Notes: generated by a model from the letters alone, not told the origin. 64,000 bases of DNA from Eledone cirrhosa (GCA_964016885.1 OZ024747.1:79794001-79858000); one strand, 5' to 3'; counted from the stretch's first letter, positions 1-13,686 are shown. Numbers and translations: made by a program.

Positions 1-480
1 TAACATGATCCATTAGTTTTATTTCTTTGTAGTTGTTCCTTTCTAGAGCATCACGTTTTCCCTTGCAACAATTAATGATTATGTTGCTGAGCCAATCAAT
101 GGGTGACTAGTTCAACTCCTACTTCCCCAAATGTTTTCAGCATCTCAATGACTATTTCAGAGGGTCCCTCGACTTTACTATTTTTACTCTCGTCGATTGC
201 TTCTTTGACCCTATAACTGTCAATTTCGATAGCTGGTCCCTCTGTTGGGTCAGTTAGGGGTAGTCTCCCTTCTTCCCATTCATTCTCCACATTTATTAAC
301 TTATCATAGCAGCATTTCCAGACCTCTATCTTTTGAGTATCAGTGATACTAAGTGCACCAGTGTCATTTCAGACACACTGTTTCCCAACAACATCCTGAT
401 TTATACAGACACACTGTGCCTTGTAATGTGGAACACCTCATGTCTCTGATTTTCATGTCACAAGATATTGGCAAACTTTT
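1..480 (-). mobile_element. Degraded RTE-clade LINE fragment
   Basis: Translation ENEWEE..LP..DP.EGPAI...GPSEIV.EMLK matches the RTE at 27838-30754. Confidence 0.85.
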
Positions 481-629
481 TTTTTCAGCCTTTTTTCTTC
501 TTATCTATAGCTATCATTGTCATTTAACGTCCATTTTCCCTGCTAGCAAGGGTTGGACTATAAAATATATCTGTTTAGCAAATAAATTATTATTAACCAA
601 AGCATAATAGTGTGGTCTTTTCATAACAG

Positions 630-843
630 GTGTGCTATTCCAGGCTGGGAAAATGATACTTACAAAGTGCAGAGTCCCATCCATGCTTGGTATATTAACC
701 ATACTATATCCAGTAAAGATAATGAATGTAAGATTTATCAACTGAACGACACAGATTTTGATGACAGGAACACATCTGAAGAAGTTAACTGTCATGCTTG
801 GGTCTATGATAAATCAAATGTGCCATCAACAGCTGCTTCTGAT
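630..843 (+). CDS. SLC22 exon: large extracellular loop (R)CAIPGWENDTY...HAWVYDKSNVPSTAASD
   Basis: cag acceptor 627-629, gtaggt donor at 844; Cys- and N-glycosylation-rich loop typical of SLC22. Confidence 0.88.
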
Positions 844-2266
844 GTAGGTAGAATGTCTTTCTTTTATCATCTTTTAGAAAATATTGAGTAATTTCATGCT
901 GTTGTTTACAGAAAAATACTTGTTTGCTTTTGTAGTTTTGCTTTCTTTATTATGTTTTTTGAGTGGATTAACAGAGTTGTTAGAGAGTCAGACAAGATGT
1001 CTTGCAGCATTTAGTCATAGCTCTTTATGTTCAAACCCCACCGAGGTCAACTTTGCTTTTCATTCTTCTGAGGTTGATAAAATAAAGTACCAGTAGTGTA
1101 CTAGGATTAATATAATTGACTTTCTCCTTCCCTCAAACTGTTAGCCTTGTGCCAAATGTTAGAAATCATAATTATGTTTTTATGGTATTGGCAGAGTCGT
1201 TAAAGCATCAGACAAATTCTTTGTAGTATTTGCTCTAGTCCTTTATGTTCTGAGTATCCTTTTGACGTCGATAAAGTAAAGCCTCAGTTAACATGTAAGT
1301 GGCTGAGTATTCCATGACACTGTGTGTGTGTGTGACAGGGCTTGGTCCTTTGAATTACAGGTACTGTCTTTCTGATTGACTCCCAAACAGTTTCTGTCAA
1401 CCCAATTTCATTTATAAGGCATGGATCAACATGATCAAATGACATTTGCTCAAGATGCCTTGCAGTGGGATCGAACCTGGGACCTGATTGTGAAGTGAAC
1501 TTCTTCATTATATCTTGGACCAAAATGGGGACAAACAAAATATAATATTTTCACCAAAAACTGCCCTTTAAACATATGTCAGATGGATTACAATATTCAT
1601 TATTACAAATACTTTGACTGTTCTCTGACTACTAGTACCAGCTTCAACATAGAATTATTTTAACAAAGTATATTTGATTTGATTTGATTTTCGCCAACAA
1701 ACCACGTGTGGACATGGACGGGAAAAAAAAAAAATCACTACATCCCTTAGGGATCGCAGTAAGTACTTCACAAAATCTATAAACAACAATATACACACAG
1801 ATTTAAACAACAATATACACACAGATTTAAACAACAATATACACAGATTTATATACAGATACATACCACACGCATATACACACAAGTGAAAAGAAACCAC
1901 ACTATTTCGTATGAGACACTATACCGGCCAATCTTACGTACATTTGTAAAATCTTTCTGAACATTGACTTCGCTTCTAACCCACATACACATTTTAATTA
2001 TATATTCGTGTGCAGATCTTTTTGCATACACACGCACATAATACATAGGAAAACAGAAACAGAAATACAAAAACAAAACATAAAAAAAACATTTATCTCG
2101 TTAACTTACGCGGCATATTTATTTGTTTACATGCGCAGATCCTTTTGTATACACACACAATATTTAGGAAAACGGAAACAAAAAATACACAAAAAACAAA
2201 CATTTTATTTCTATCGTAATCAAGTGTGCTAAACCTATATTGTTTACATTCTGTGTTTTTCTACGG

Positions 2267-2806
2267 ATGGGCAGAAAAAATAAAATTGCCATGGTGATAT
2301 CCATGGATGAAGTATGCGACAAAACTGGTCGATGTTCCAAAATAGAACATTGCCCAGAAAATCACACCTGCCATATTTGTACGGAACCCGAAAACTCGTT
2401 CCGTAATCGCTGGGTCAAATGTGGAACCTGTCGCATCTCTGTCTGCCTTCAATGCGCCACAAGCTTCCGGAGAATCCCAGGCCCCAAAAAGAGACATCAT
2501 ACTGCTATGATGGATGGACTCTGGGAGATGGTCCAGCTAAAATCTTGGTCCTCTCAGTGCCTGGCCTGTGTGCCTGCCTCCACCAATGTTATTGAAAAAC
2601 AACAACAACAACAACAACAAAATCCGATGACTGTATCTTCCTCTACCATTGTTACTGAACAAAGGCAAAAACGTATGACACTGGCTTCTGCAGCTATTCC
2701 TGTGGGAGAACATCAGAACCAACAACAACCCATGTCTTCCGCTCCCAGTACATCTCGACACCAACAACCGACAACTGTGTCTTCCCCTACCATTCCCGTG
2801 GGGGAA

Positions 2807-2853
<47 letters not shown>

Positions 2854-3582
2854 ACAAGAGCAACAACAACAACAACAACAACAATGCGGTAGCAACAACA
2901 GCAACAACAGCAACAACAACAGAAGCAACAGCAACAACAACAACCAGCCAGTACAGATTTTGCAGAATTGCAACAAATGATTTCTGCTTTAAGAAGGGAA
3001 GTAACAGGAATAAAAGCAAGCATTCGGGTAGGACCCCACAGTGAGGGGTCTTATCGGAATGCCTTGCTAAAGAATCTCCCTGTACCTCTTGCCGTATCTG
3101 GGCACACTGAGAAGACCGCGGAATCTGCTACCCATGAAGTAATTGCCATTGGGGTACCAGAAGACAAGGCTGATTTTCAGGCATTTGCTGCCAGCTCAGC
3201 CAAAGACCTAGGCTGTGTTTCCCCAAAGGGTGCTCTCCGCCTTGGCCAACCTGGTCCAAAACCCAGACTCATCAGGCTGTCTTTTTCGGACCCCGCTGAG
3301 GCAATTTCATATCATCTGGCCTCTGTTAAAGCTGGGCTTGAAAATTGGATTACCTTCCGAACACGCCCAAGCCTACCACCTGATGTACGTCCAAAGCTAC
3401 GTGCTGCAGCTTCCTTGAATCGGAACTCAGCACAACATAAAAGTTTTAGTCTGCGTGATGATGGCCAGATCTGGAGGTTTGTTAAGGCTGGTGAAACATG
3501 GAAGAGAGATACCTGCTGGTCTGAGTGCGCTCTACCCACAATAACTAGCAATGAAAAAACTGCAACAACTCTGGGAAACTAA
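2267..3582 (+). pseudogene. LINE ORF1 (PHD-like Cys cluster, poly-Q/H tract, coiled coil), frameshifted near 2885
   Basis: CHIC...WVKCGTC...CLQC...W...CLAC; the frame switches in the CAA/CAG tract and continues QQPASTDFAELQQMISALRREV. Confidence 0.75.
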
Positions 3583-3599
3583 ACCAGAACAACCTGCCA

Positions 3600-6390
3600 T
3601 CCTCTACACACCATCATAAACTGCAAGCAGGGTACAAATTGTTGTCTTTAAATGCTCACAGTTTATGCAACAAGATACATCTGTTTAACTCCTACGTCAG
3701 AAGCATCGACCCTGACTTCATCACAGTCACGGAAACATGGGCACATTCCTTACTCTGTGATGGGGTTTTCAGCATTACTGGGTACAACCTGTTCTGCAAG
3801 GACCTCATTAATCGCTGTGGTTGTGGTGTGATGGTCTACGTTCGTTCAAACTTTTTGGTAATTCCTTGTGTTGATTTGAAGGAATCACAAGAAGTTTTTT
3901 CTGTGACATACGTATGACCATGTCAATACTTCTGCTTTGTGTTGTTTATCGCCTCCCAAACTACCATCAGGACACACAGCTTTGCGATATCCTCAGAGCT
4001 GCTGCCAGGAAAACAACCACTTATGTGTTTATTGCAGGTGACTTCAATCATCCTGATATCGATTAGGAAACCTTTCGTTGGCCACAAAGTGCAAACGATT
4101 TCCTTGAGCTAGTGCTGGACTCAAACTGGTCACAAGTAGTCACCTCTCCAACAAGAGGTGACAACACTTTGGACCTGCTCTTCACCACTACTCCTGAAGT
4201 GGTTATCAGTTGTACTACTGAGGAACCTCTAGGCGACTCTGATCATGCTATGATCATTGCCAATCTGGCTCTTGCGGGCAGCAACAAAAACCAGAACCAT
4301 CTCCAATCTGCTTGCTTTGATTGGAAGAAAGCAGACTAGAACTTGTACTGTGCTGATCTACAGCGCTCAAACTGGCATGAGTTCTATAACTCTGGAGATG
4401 TGAACACTATACTCCAGAGCATTTTGGACTCAATATGGATAGCGTGTGAGGCATCAGTACCACGTAAGCAGAAAAAAAACATCCCCAAAAATGCAATTTG
4501 GGAAACTTCAGCGGTCCGACTTGCCAGGAAAGAACATCGGAATGCTGAATGGGAATATAAACTGCATAAATCAGATGCCAACAGAAAAAAGCGGAATAAA
4601 TCTTCCAACCATCGCAAGCAAGTGACAAAAAAGGCAGTGCTTGAATTTGAACAGTGCATAGCAACCAATCCTGACAGTAAGGTGTTCTGGAAATATGTAC
4701 ATTCAAAGCAGAGACCACACTATCCAGTTGGTCCTCTTCGCAATCCCCACACAAGCCAGATCACTGACGATCCCAAAGAATGCACAGAACTCATTGCTGA
4801 GTGCTATGCAAGCATTTTTATTGTTGAAAACCAGAATGTACCATCTCCACCATCTCTGACATCAAATTCTATAACAACTATGGAATTTACACCTGCAATG
4901 TTGCGACGTCACCTTAAGAATAAGCGCAACGATGCCTCCCCTGGTCTTGATGGTGTTACATACCTGCTTCTCAAACGTGGCGGGTACTTCCTTTTGCGCC
5001 AGCTTTCTTCTTTCAATACTGTCTCAATAATGGTGCTACTCCAGAGCAGTGGAAAACTGCCAGTGTCATTCCCCTGTTCAAAAAGGGCGATCGAACATCA
5101 CCTGTCAACTATTGTCCAGTCAGTCTTCCTAGCTGTATTGCCAAACTGATGGAATCCTGTGTCAGAGAAACACTTTGGAACTTCTGGAGCTCTCACAGCC
5201 TCATGTGGCCCTCGCAATTTGGATTTATCCCTAACTCCAGCTGCTGTGATCAGCTTATCGATTTCCTTGAAGACATTACCCGGATCACTGACAGTGGCTC
5301 ATGGGTGGATGTTGTTTACCTTGACTTCGCGAAGGCTTTTAATTCTGTGCCACGACTTATGGCGAAACTCTCTGCAATGGGGTGAGGGATGATCTTTTTA
5401 ACTGGTTGAAATCCTTCATTCTCAGCCGAAAGGGGGTAGTCACGGTTCTAGGACAGCATTCTTCACCATATGAGATGTCATCTGGTGTACCACAGGGATC
5501 TGTTCTTGGTCCCCTTTTGTTTGTTGCATACATTAATGACAAAGATGCCAACTTAAAGAATGCCATGGTCCTGAAATATGCAGATGACATCAAGCTGTAC
5601 CTTGAAATCAAAAGGACAGATCCTGAAATCTATAACTCTTTCCTACAATCAGACCTGGACACAATGCAGCAATGGATCACAGACTGGCAACTGAAGCTGG
5701 CTGTGGACAAGTGTACCACCATGCATTTTGGGAGGAAAAATCCAGCATCCACATACTCCCTCCACAACACTCATATCAAGAAGTCCTCTTGTGAACATGA
5801 CCTGGGCATTATTGTCAGCAGCGATTTGCGTTGGACAAAGCATATCTCTAAAATTGTCAAGAAGACCGAGGGTGTCTTGGCATCACTCAGCAAGACCTTT
5901 GTTAGCCGTTCTCCAGCCATCTATTTAAAGCTGTATTCAGCTATGGTACGACCACACTTGGAATTCGCAACATCAGTCTAGAACCCCTATCTTGCTCAGA
6001 ACATTGACCTCCTGGAAACTGTTCAGAGACGTGCAACCAAGCGCATACCCTCCATCAGACACCTACCATACTCTGAACGCCTTGCTTCCCTGGGTATGGA
6101 TTCATTGAAGCTCCAACGTCTGGCAATGGACTTGGTAAACACCTACAAAGTTATTAACCATCTTGCCAACAGCAACCCTGAGCACCTTTTTGATATCCAT
6201 GTGTCTAACACACGTGGACATGCCTACAAAATCAGAAAACAGCATAGCTCCAATGACTTTCGGAAACATTTTTTTCATGCTTAGAGTTACTGAAGCATGG
6301 AACAAACTGCCTGCGTCAGTTGTTAGCTGCCGAGACACTGCATCCTTTAAAACCTTCATGCTTCCTGAAATTCGCCAAAACTACACCTTG
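3600..6390 (+). pseudogene. LINE ORF2 AP-endonuclease + reverse transcriptase, disrupted
   Basis: LNAHSL.NK, ITVTETW, GDFNHP, TRGDNTLDL, SDH; YLDFAKAF, SGVPQGSVLGPLLF, YADD; several stops and frameshifts. Confidence 0.92.
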
Positions 6391-6702
6391 TGTCCCCTTT
6401 CCATACACATGCACACATGTGTGTATCATGACTCATGCACTGTTCATTTTCCTGACGTTTGTACATATACATATGTACTATACATACACTTTTGATGAGT
6501 TGTAGTGCACCTGAGCACTGTACACAATATTTTCCTCATTATTATTATCCCTTTTTTGCTCATTTTTTGCCAATACAGTCCCTTATGGGTTTTTTTTTTC
6601 TGTTTCTGTATTTGACTAAATTTCATGGAAAAACCATCAAGAATTTTGCAAAACCTTTCTTATTTATTATAAAAAATCACTTCAAAATTTGTTTCATTGC
6701 AG

Positions 6703-6806
6703 CTGAACCTTGTGTGTGACAGAACAATCTTTATATCAATTATCAACATGCTACTCATGGCAGGTGTTTTTGTGGGTTCTTTGTTTTTTGGCATGATGTC
6801 TGATCA
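6703..6806 (+). CDS. SLC22 exon LNLVCDRTIFISIINMLLMAGVFVGSLFFGMMSD(Q)
   Basis: tgcag acceptor, gtaagt donor; NLVCD motif plus TM2. Confidence 0.93.
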
Positions 6807-8751
6807 GTAAGTTCAAAATGGAGATTATTTTTAATGTGAGCTCTTGTGCCAATTTTTATAGTTGTTGATGCTGTTGTTTTTGTCACTGTTTTTAATATTA
6901 CTGTTGTTGCTGCCACTGTTACTGTTGTTGTTTTTTTTAATTGCTGCTGTTAATGTTGTGTGTTATTGATATTGTTGTTACCAATATTATTTATTTATTT
7001 ATTATATGACAGTGTATGACAAAAAATAGAGTGCTCAGTAAACTGTACTTCAGTATTTACTTGTTTCTCTTGAAATTCTTGGCTCAAATGCCAAAAGAGT
7101 CAATAAGGGTCAGTAAAATAAGTATGAGTTGATATCGTTATAACTGATTTAACCTTTCTACTCCCAAATATTTTGAATTGTTTATCATTGTTATTAATAA
7201 CAATGTGTAAGGTAGAAAACAGGAGAATATTTTGGGTCAAGTATTTATAAATTTGTATACTAATTTGAATTAGCATAACCACAATTGTGGCTCATTTTTC
7301 CCATCTAATCTAGAATAATATGGAAAGCCACAATATGACAACATGACCCACATGCTTCAAGATCACCTTATGACCCAATGCAATCTCTCCCACCATAGGA
7401 TGTCTCCCCCACCCCATCCAGCAAGTGGCATATGCTCTGCACCCCTCTCATTATGCATACTCTACTCCTATCTCATTATGCATACTCTACTCCTATCAAA
7501 CTGACCAAGGACACACTAAACACTAAACTGTTGTATGTGGTAGTGCTAGTGTCATGATAAAATGCACCCAGCCCATTCTTTAAAGTAGAAGTACTGGTGC
7601 TACAATAGAAAACACCCAGTCCATCCTGTAAGGTTGTAGTGCTGATGCCATGATAAAAAGCACCTAATCCACCCTGTAAGATGGTAATGCTGGAGTCATG
7701 ATGAAATGTTCTTAATACACTCCTCTGTCAGATGGTAGTACTGGTGCTATGATAAAACATACTAAGTCCACCCTATAAAATAGTAGTGCCAGAGTCATGA
7801 TAAAAACTTCCCAGTTCACACTGTAAAGTGGTTGGCATTAGGAAGGGCATCCAGCTGTAAAAAGTAAAAACTCAAAACATTCATTTTGAATGTGATGCAG
7901 CCATTTTTTCTAATTGTAGTAGATACAAGGTTGTTAATTAACTCTTAATATTCTGTAAATATTTAGCAGAAAATATCTAAAAACAGGTTTGTTAATTTAA
8001 ATGTTTACGGTATCTTTACTAGTGGACAAATTGTTGTTAAAATTTGCAATTAATTTCTAATGTGATAGAGTAATTGTGCTGCTTTGTACCTCTCAAGAAT
8101 GTCTTGCTAATGCACTTTCATGCAAGTACAGGGTGTTAAGATGAAAAAATGTTCAGCTGTTTATTCTCATATAAGAGAATTTTATCTTTGCTTTGTAACC
8201 AGCCAAACTATTCATTAATTTTCTAAATGCCTAAAAACCTCAACACTCTCACAATATTTCAGGTTTGTCTATTTGTTTTTGAGGCTACATTCTCCCAGAA
8301 TCCTATTTGCTTTTATTTCTTCTGGAGGTGAGAAAATATATACATAGTTGCTTTTATGATTGTTGCAAATATGTAGAAGAGAAAAAACTTAAATGTGAGG
8401 AAAATCAAATAGCTAAAAACACAGTCTAGTAAAGAAGAAACAAGGAAAACTACAAATTATTATCTTTTTTTATTTACACTACATAAGATATAGAAAGAGA
8501 GTAAGAAGAGGAAGAAACAGGAAAATATTTTGGGGAGAAAAAGCATGTGTGTTCAGTCAGCCATTTTGGGAAAATATATATATATACCATCACACGTGTA
8601 TATATATATATAAATTAATAAAAACAAAGAACAAATTCCTTATATTAAAAAAATTCATCATTTTACGATCGTTTCTAGGATGTATATGTGTGTTGGTATG
8701 TATATCATATAGATCTATGTAAAAATATTACAAATTATCAGAGGAAATATA

Positions 8752-10062
8752 CGAGGGGGGATCAAAAAGTTCGTGGAATTTTTCAGAAAATATTCTATTT
8801 TTCAAAAAATATGATTTACCATCAATTTATTTTTCTACATAGTTGCTATCCAGGTCAATACACTTGACAAGGCGATGCTTCCAGCTTCGTAATCTGTCTC
8901 TAAAGAAAGTTGAAGGCCTTGTTCGAAGCCATGTGTTGGCAGTGTTTTTAGCTTCTTCAACACCACTAAAACGGGTTCCTTTTAGCATTTCTTTGAGTTT
9001 TGGAAAGAGGAAAAAGTCTGATGGGGCTAAATCTGGACTATAAGGCGGGTGAGGAAGCATTTCCCATCGAAATTCTCGAAGAACTTCTTTTGTAACCCAC
9101 GCAGAATGCGCTGGTGCATTGTCATGGTGAAACAAGATCCCACCATGAAGTTTCCCTTTTCGTTTCTTGACTAAAGCCTCTTTCAGCTTCCTTAAAACAT
9201 TTGCATAGTAAGTTCCTGTCACAGTTCTTTGACCTTCAAGATAATCTATTAGTATCACCCCATCTGAATCCCAGAAAATGGTGGCCATCACTTTTTGATC
9301 CGACTTTTGAGATTTGAACTTGATTGGCCCCGATGATCCACGTGGAAGCCACTGTTTTGACTGCTGTTTGGATGCAGCATCATACTGGTAGATCCAGGTT
9401 TCATCTCCGGTGATGATTCTGGTCAGGAAATGCTCTTCATCAACTTCAATTTTGTTTAATATCGTCAAAGACAGATCACTTCAAAGAATCAGCTGATCAG
9501 GGCGCAACGCTTATGGGACCCATTGCGCTGAAAGCTTGCTTAGTCCTAAATTATCGTGCAGAATTGAATTTGCCGAACCATATGAAATGTCTAGGGACTT
9601 AGCTAACTGATTAACTGTTATTCTTCGATCTTCTTCAATTAAAGTCTGAGCAGCCTCAACGTTTTGGTCATTTTTTAATGTTCCTAGTCTTCCACTGTGA
9701 TGGTCGTCTTCAAGGTCGTCTCTCCCTTGTTTGAATCGCTGAATCCACTTGTAGACAGCAGTTTTCTTTGGAGCAGTAGTACTGTAAACTTTAACTAAAA
9801 CCTACATAATCTGTGTCCCTTTCATTTGACTTTCACCAGAAACTTGATATTCGATCTTATCTCAAAATAACTATTTTCCATTGTTCCAAAAAGAGGTTTT
9901 TTAAAGAGTGTCAGTACTGTACAATAGTCCACGCATAACTGACTGCAAGTGACTAATAGCAAGGTAAACACTCAGTGACAATGTTCTGACATGTTTAATA
10001 TTATTTTAATCTATTTTTTTCTTACTACAATAAAATTCCGCAAACTTTTTGATCCCCCCTCG
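8752..10062 (-). mobile_element. Mariner (DD34D) DNA transposon, full length about 1.3 kb, transposase disrupted
   Basis: TIRs CGAGGGGGGATCAAAAAGTT.. / ..AACTTTTTGATCCCCCCTCG; TA duplication at 8750-51 and 10063-64; TGDETW, HHDNAPAH and YSPDLAPSDFFLF in ORF 8827-9468. Confidence 0.96.
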
Positions 10063-10102
10063 TACATACCTTCACATATATATGCTGTCTTCAGAAATGA
10101 TG

Positions 10103-10234
10103 ATCATTTCTGAAGACAGCATGTATATGTGAAGGTATGTATATTTCCTCTGATAGTTTGTAATATTTTTACATAGATCTATATGATATACATACCAACA
10201 CACATATACATCCTAGAAACGATCGTAAAATGAT
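10103..10234 (+). ncRNA. Putative type I hammerhead ribozyme
   Basis: Stem I AUCAUUU/AAAUGAU; CUGAAGA at 10110-16; long stem II; GAAA at 10216-19; CGAUCG stem III; GUA cleavage triplet at 10225-27. Confidence 0.65.
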
Positions 10235-10430
10235 GAATTTTTTAATATAAGGAACTTGTTCTTTGTTTTTATTAATTTATCTTGACTCTGTTTTCCTATA
10301 ATTTTCATCGAAAATTTTTGAATGCATCTTCTCTTTTCATGATATTTGGATTACATTGAGTTCTCATACGGATTGGACACTACCGTATATTTTGGTAGAT
10401 TTATCTACATATATATATATATATATATAT

Positions 10431-13415
10431 CCTCCTCCTCATCATCATCATCATCATTGTTTAACGTCTATCTTCCACGCTAGCATGGGTTTAGATGTGA
10501 ATTGTCCCACTTGAGGCAAGATTGGTTGTCTCGCTCGTATGGGACTGTCTGGCAGGTTTTCGACGGCTGGATGCCCTTCCTAACACCAACCACGTTTACA
10601 GTGTGGACTGGGAGGTTTTTACCTTGTTACCTACACAGCCACATTACAGCGTGGACTGTGTGTTTTTTTGTCGTAACACTTACACGATCCCATTTATTTA
10701 GGACTGGATGTTGTGGTACCAACATAACTTTACAGAGAAAGGGGTGGTGTTGATGGGGGTGGGGTGGGGCAGTCAGGGTAGTGGGGGGGGGGGTATATTT
10801 GATTAAGAGGTGCCTACTGACTGTAGGTTTTGCTTTGTACTTAGGCAAGGTGGGTTTTCTGTATTACTGCGTAGCACCAAAGATCTCGGTCCAGCGACAT
10901 TGTCTTAGAGAGGTGTAAGACCGGAATTTATCAAATCGTCCCAGGTTTTTCTGGGTCTGCCTACTCTATAACTTCTGTCAATTTTGATCGCCCTGCACTT
11001 TCTTATACAGCTGTCGTCTTTCATGCGCATCACGTGGCCATACCAACGTAGTCTTCTCTCGAGTAAATAGCATCTGATCCCTCTTATACCTAATTTCTCA
11101 CTTAGTTCCTTTATGCTTTGCTGTTCACATATATTACTATTACACATCCAGTGGAGCATGCATGCTTCGTTCCTTTCCAGTCTGCGCAGATCCTCTGCAC
11201 ACAATACCCATGTCTCACTGCCATGTAACATAGATGTTCGTATGCAGGCATCATACAGTCTGTCTTTCATTTTTAGAGAGAAACCTTTAGCTGTCAATAG
11301 TGGTATAAGCTCTCTCAACTTTTTCCATCCCGTTCTGACTCTGGCTACTGTACTTTCGGAGCACCCTCCACCACTGCTGATTTTGTCACTCAGGTAACGG
11401 AAGGTGTCCACTATTTCTATAGAGCCATCTGGGTAATAGAAGGAGCTAGTATCCTGTTGGCGCTTGCTACTTATTGCACCTGAGCACTGGCCACATATAA
11501 AATCTAAGTTCTTAGATAGCTTACCTGTGATACCACTACATCTTTTATGCACCCATACTTTGCATTTGGGACATAAAATGGAATTTCTGCCTACTCCTTT
11601 CCTACACACTGAGCATGTCCATTTCCCAGAGGGGACCTGTGCCCTATTTTCCTTCCTACATACTAGAACTTTAGTCTTAGACAAGTTAACTTTAAGGCCT
11701 TTTGATTCTAGGCCATGCTTCCATGTTTGGAATTTCTTCTCTAGTTCAGCCATCGATTCAGCTATGAGCGTTAGATCATCTGCATAGAGAAGTTCCCATG
11801 AGCAGCCAGTCTTGAACTCCTCTGTTATAGCCTGAAGGGCAATAATAAATAGGAGAGGGCTAAGGACAGAGTTCTGATGAACACCAACTTTTACGCTAAA
11901 TTCTTCACTATATTCGTTGTTAATTCTAACCTTGCTGACTGTTTCTTTATACATGGCTTATATAGCTCTCACAAGCCATTCATCAACCCCTAGTTTTCTA
12001 AGGGCCCACCAAATAATGGCGTGGGGGACTCTGTCAGATGCTTTCTCCAAGTCAACAAAAGCTAAGTATAGGTGTTTACTTTTAGCTAGGCACTTCTGTA
12101 GTTGTCATACAAGGAAAAGGGCGTCTGTCACAAACCCAACTGCATTTCGTCTAGATCAATTTGCTCTCTGATTAGTTGCACTATAACTATTTCTGTGACC
12201 TTCATGACCTGGTCAATTAATTTAATGCCTCTATAGTTTCCTCTATCTAGTGCATCTCCTTTACCCTTGTAGCAGTTAATGATGCTGCTGCTACATCAGT
12301 CATTTGGTATGACGCCGTTCTGTATGACTTGGTTTACTATTCGGGTGACCATGGTGTGTCCCACCATTCCAGTTGCTTTCAGTATTTCAGCAACTATCTC
12401 CGAAGGCCCAGCTGCCTTGCCTGTCTTCATATCTTTGATTGCCTTACTTATACTACCTTCAACTTGCACTGCTGGTCCCTCTATTGGATTGATGTGGAGC
12501 AGACTATCTTTGTTCCATTTATTCTCCTCATTTAGTAGCCTCTCATAGTGACACTTCCAAGCTACCTTCTTATCAGCGTCAGTGATGGCAAGTACACCAT
12601 CATCATTACGGACACACTTCTCCCCAACAATATCACGGTTTTCCTTGACACATTGCCTAGCAATCCTGAACACCTCACGTTTTTGGTCCTCGCGTTGTAG
12701 AACATGCTTGAACTTTCTTTCCTCTGCTTCCCTTCTTGCAAAGTACACTTGTCTCCTAGCTTCCCTCCTGGCCACTTGATAGTGTTCTCTACTTCCCCCA
12801 TCCCACCATACTTTCCAAGCCTGCTTTTTGGCCTTGATTGACTCCTCCACCTTACTGTTCTACCACCAAGTTACTCTCCTCCTGCCTATAGGTCTGCTCC
12901 AGCCACAGATTTCATCTGTCGCCTTCAGCAGGTTAACTTTCAGGAATTCCCACTGTTCCTTTATATTTTACGACTCTAATTGCTCTTCCTTACTGTCAAA
13001 AGCATCAAGTAACATGCTTTTAAATTTGTTACTGGCTGTGGGGGTCCTTTAACTTCCATATTCTTCTCCTTAGGGTAGTCCTCCTCTGTTGTCGAGTACG
13101 TCTTGTCCTGACTATGAGGTCGCTAACTATGAGGCTATGTTGGGAGGTGCATTCTTCAAGGGGGAGGGATTTAGTGTTTACAACAGACACTCTGTCACGT
13201 CTTCTGGTAAGGATATAATCTATCTGACTGGCGTGTTCCCCTGATCTATAGGTGATCAATTGATTGTCTCGTTTTTTGAAGTTTGTGTTAAGGATAGTTA
13301 GGTTATTTGCGTCACAGAATTCCAGGATTCTGGAGCCTTCCTCATTTCTAGTACCAAACCCATAGCCTCCATGGATTCCATCATAGCCGTTACTATGTTG
13401 TCCAACATGACCATT
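10431..13415 (-). mobile_element. RTE-clade LINE, 5'-truncated, degenerate, (GAT)n tail
   Basis: NGHVG (APE) through GVHQ.SVLSPLLF, LLYADDL, the internal C..C..WVH..C zinc finger and RRLRWYGHV; tail at 10431-10456. Confidence 0.95.
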
Positions 13416-13420
13416 TATAT

Positions 13421-13557
13421 ATATTTATTAAAATAACAGATTAAAGTTTAAGCAAAGAATTGCTGCTTTCACCCTTAACGGGATCTTCTGAAGATCCCGT
13501 TAAGGGTGAAAGCAGTGATTCTTTGCTTAAACTTTAATTTGTTATTTTAATAAATAT
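13421..13557. repeat. Fold-back palindrome (arms about 68 bp) with a hammerhead-like core
   Basis: Centre ATCTTC-T-GAAGAT; CUGAAGA-UCCC-GUUAA-GGGU-GAAA at 13488-13511. Confidence 0.8.
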
Positions 13558-13655
13558 TTGCTCTATGGTTTTTTTTCATATATTTGATATATATATTTAT
13601 CTTTATTGAGTCCTCTTCGGATTGTGGTCTTCACATTTATTATTATTACTATATA

Positions 13656-13686
<31 letters not shown>

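Larger units (their letters stand above)
1700..6548 (+). mobile_element. Near full-length CR1/Jockey-group LINE (inactive) in SLC22 intron
   Basis: ORF1 plus an APE-RT ORF2 with stops and frameshifts; 3' stem-loop tgtagtgc-acctga-gcactgta and (ATT)n tail at about 6500-6548; 5' boundary approximate. Confidence 0.88.
8610..10280. repeat. About 178-bp-arm fold-back palindrome (centre ~10102) interrupted by the mariner; probable Penelope-like pLTR remnant
   Basis: 8610-8751 plus 10065-10101 is the near-exact reverse complement of 10103-10280. Confidence 0.9.
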
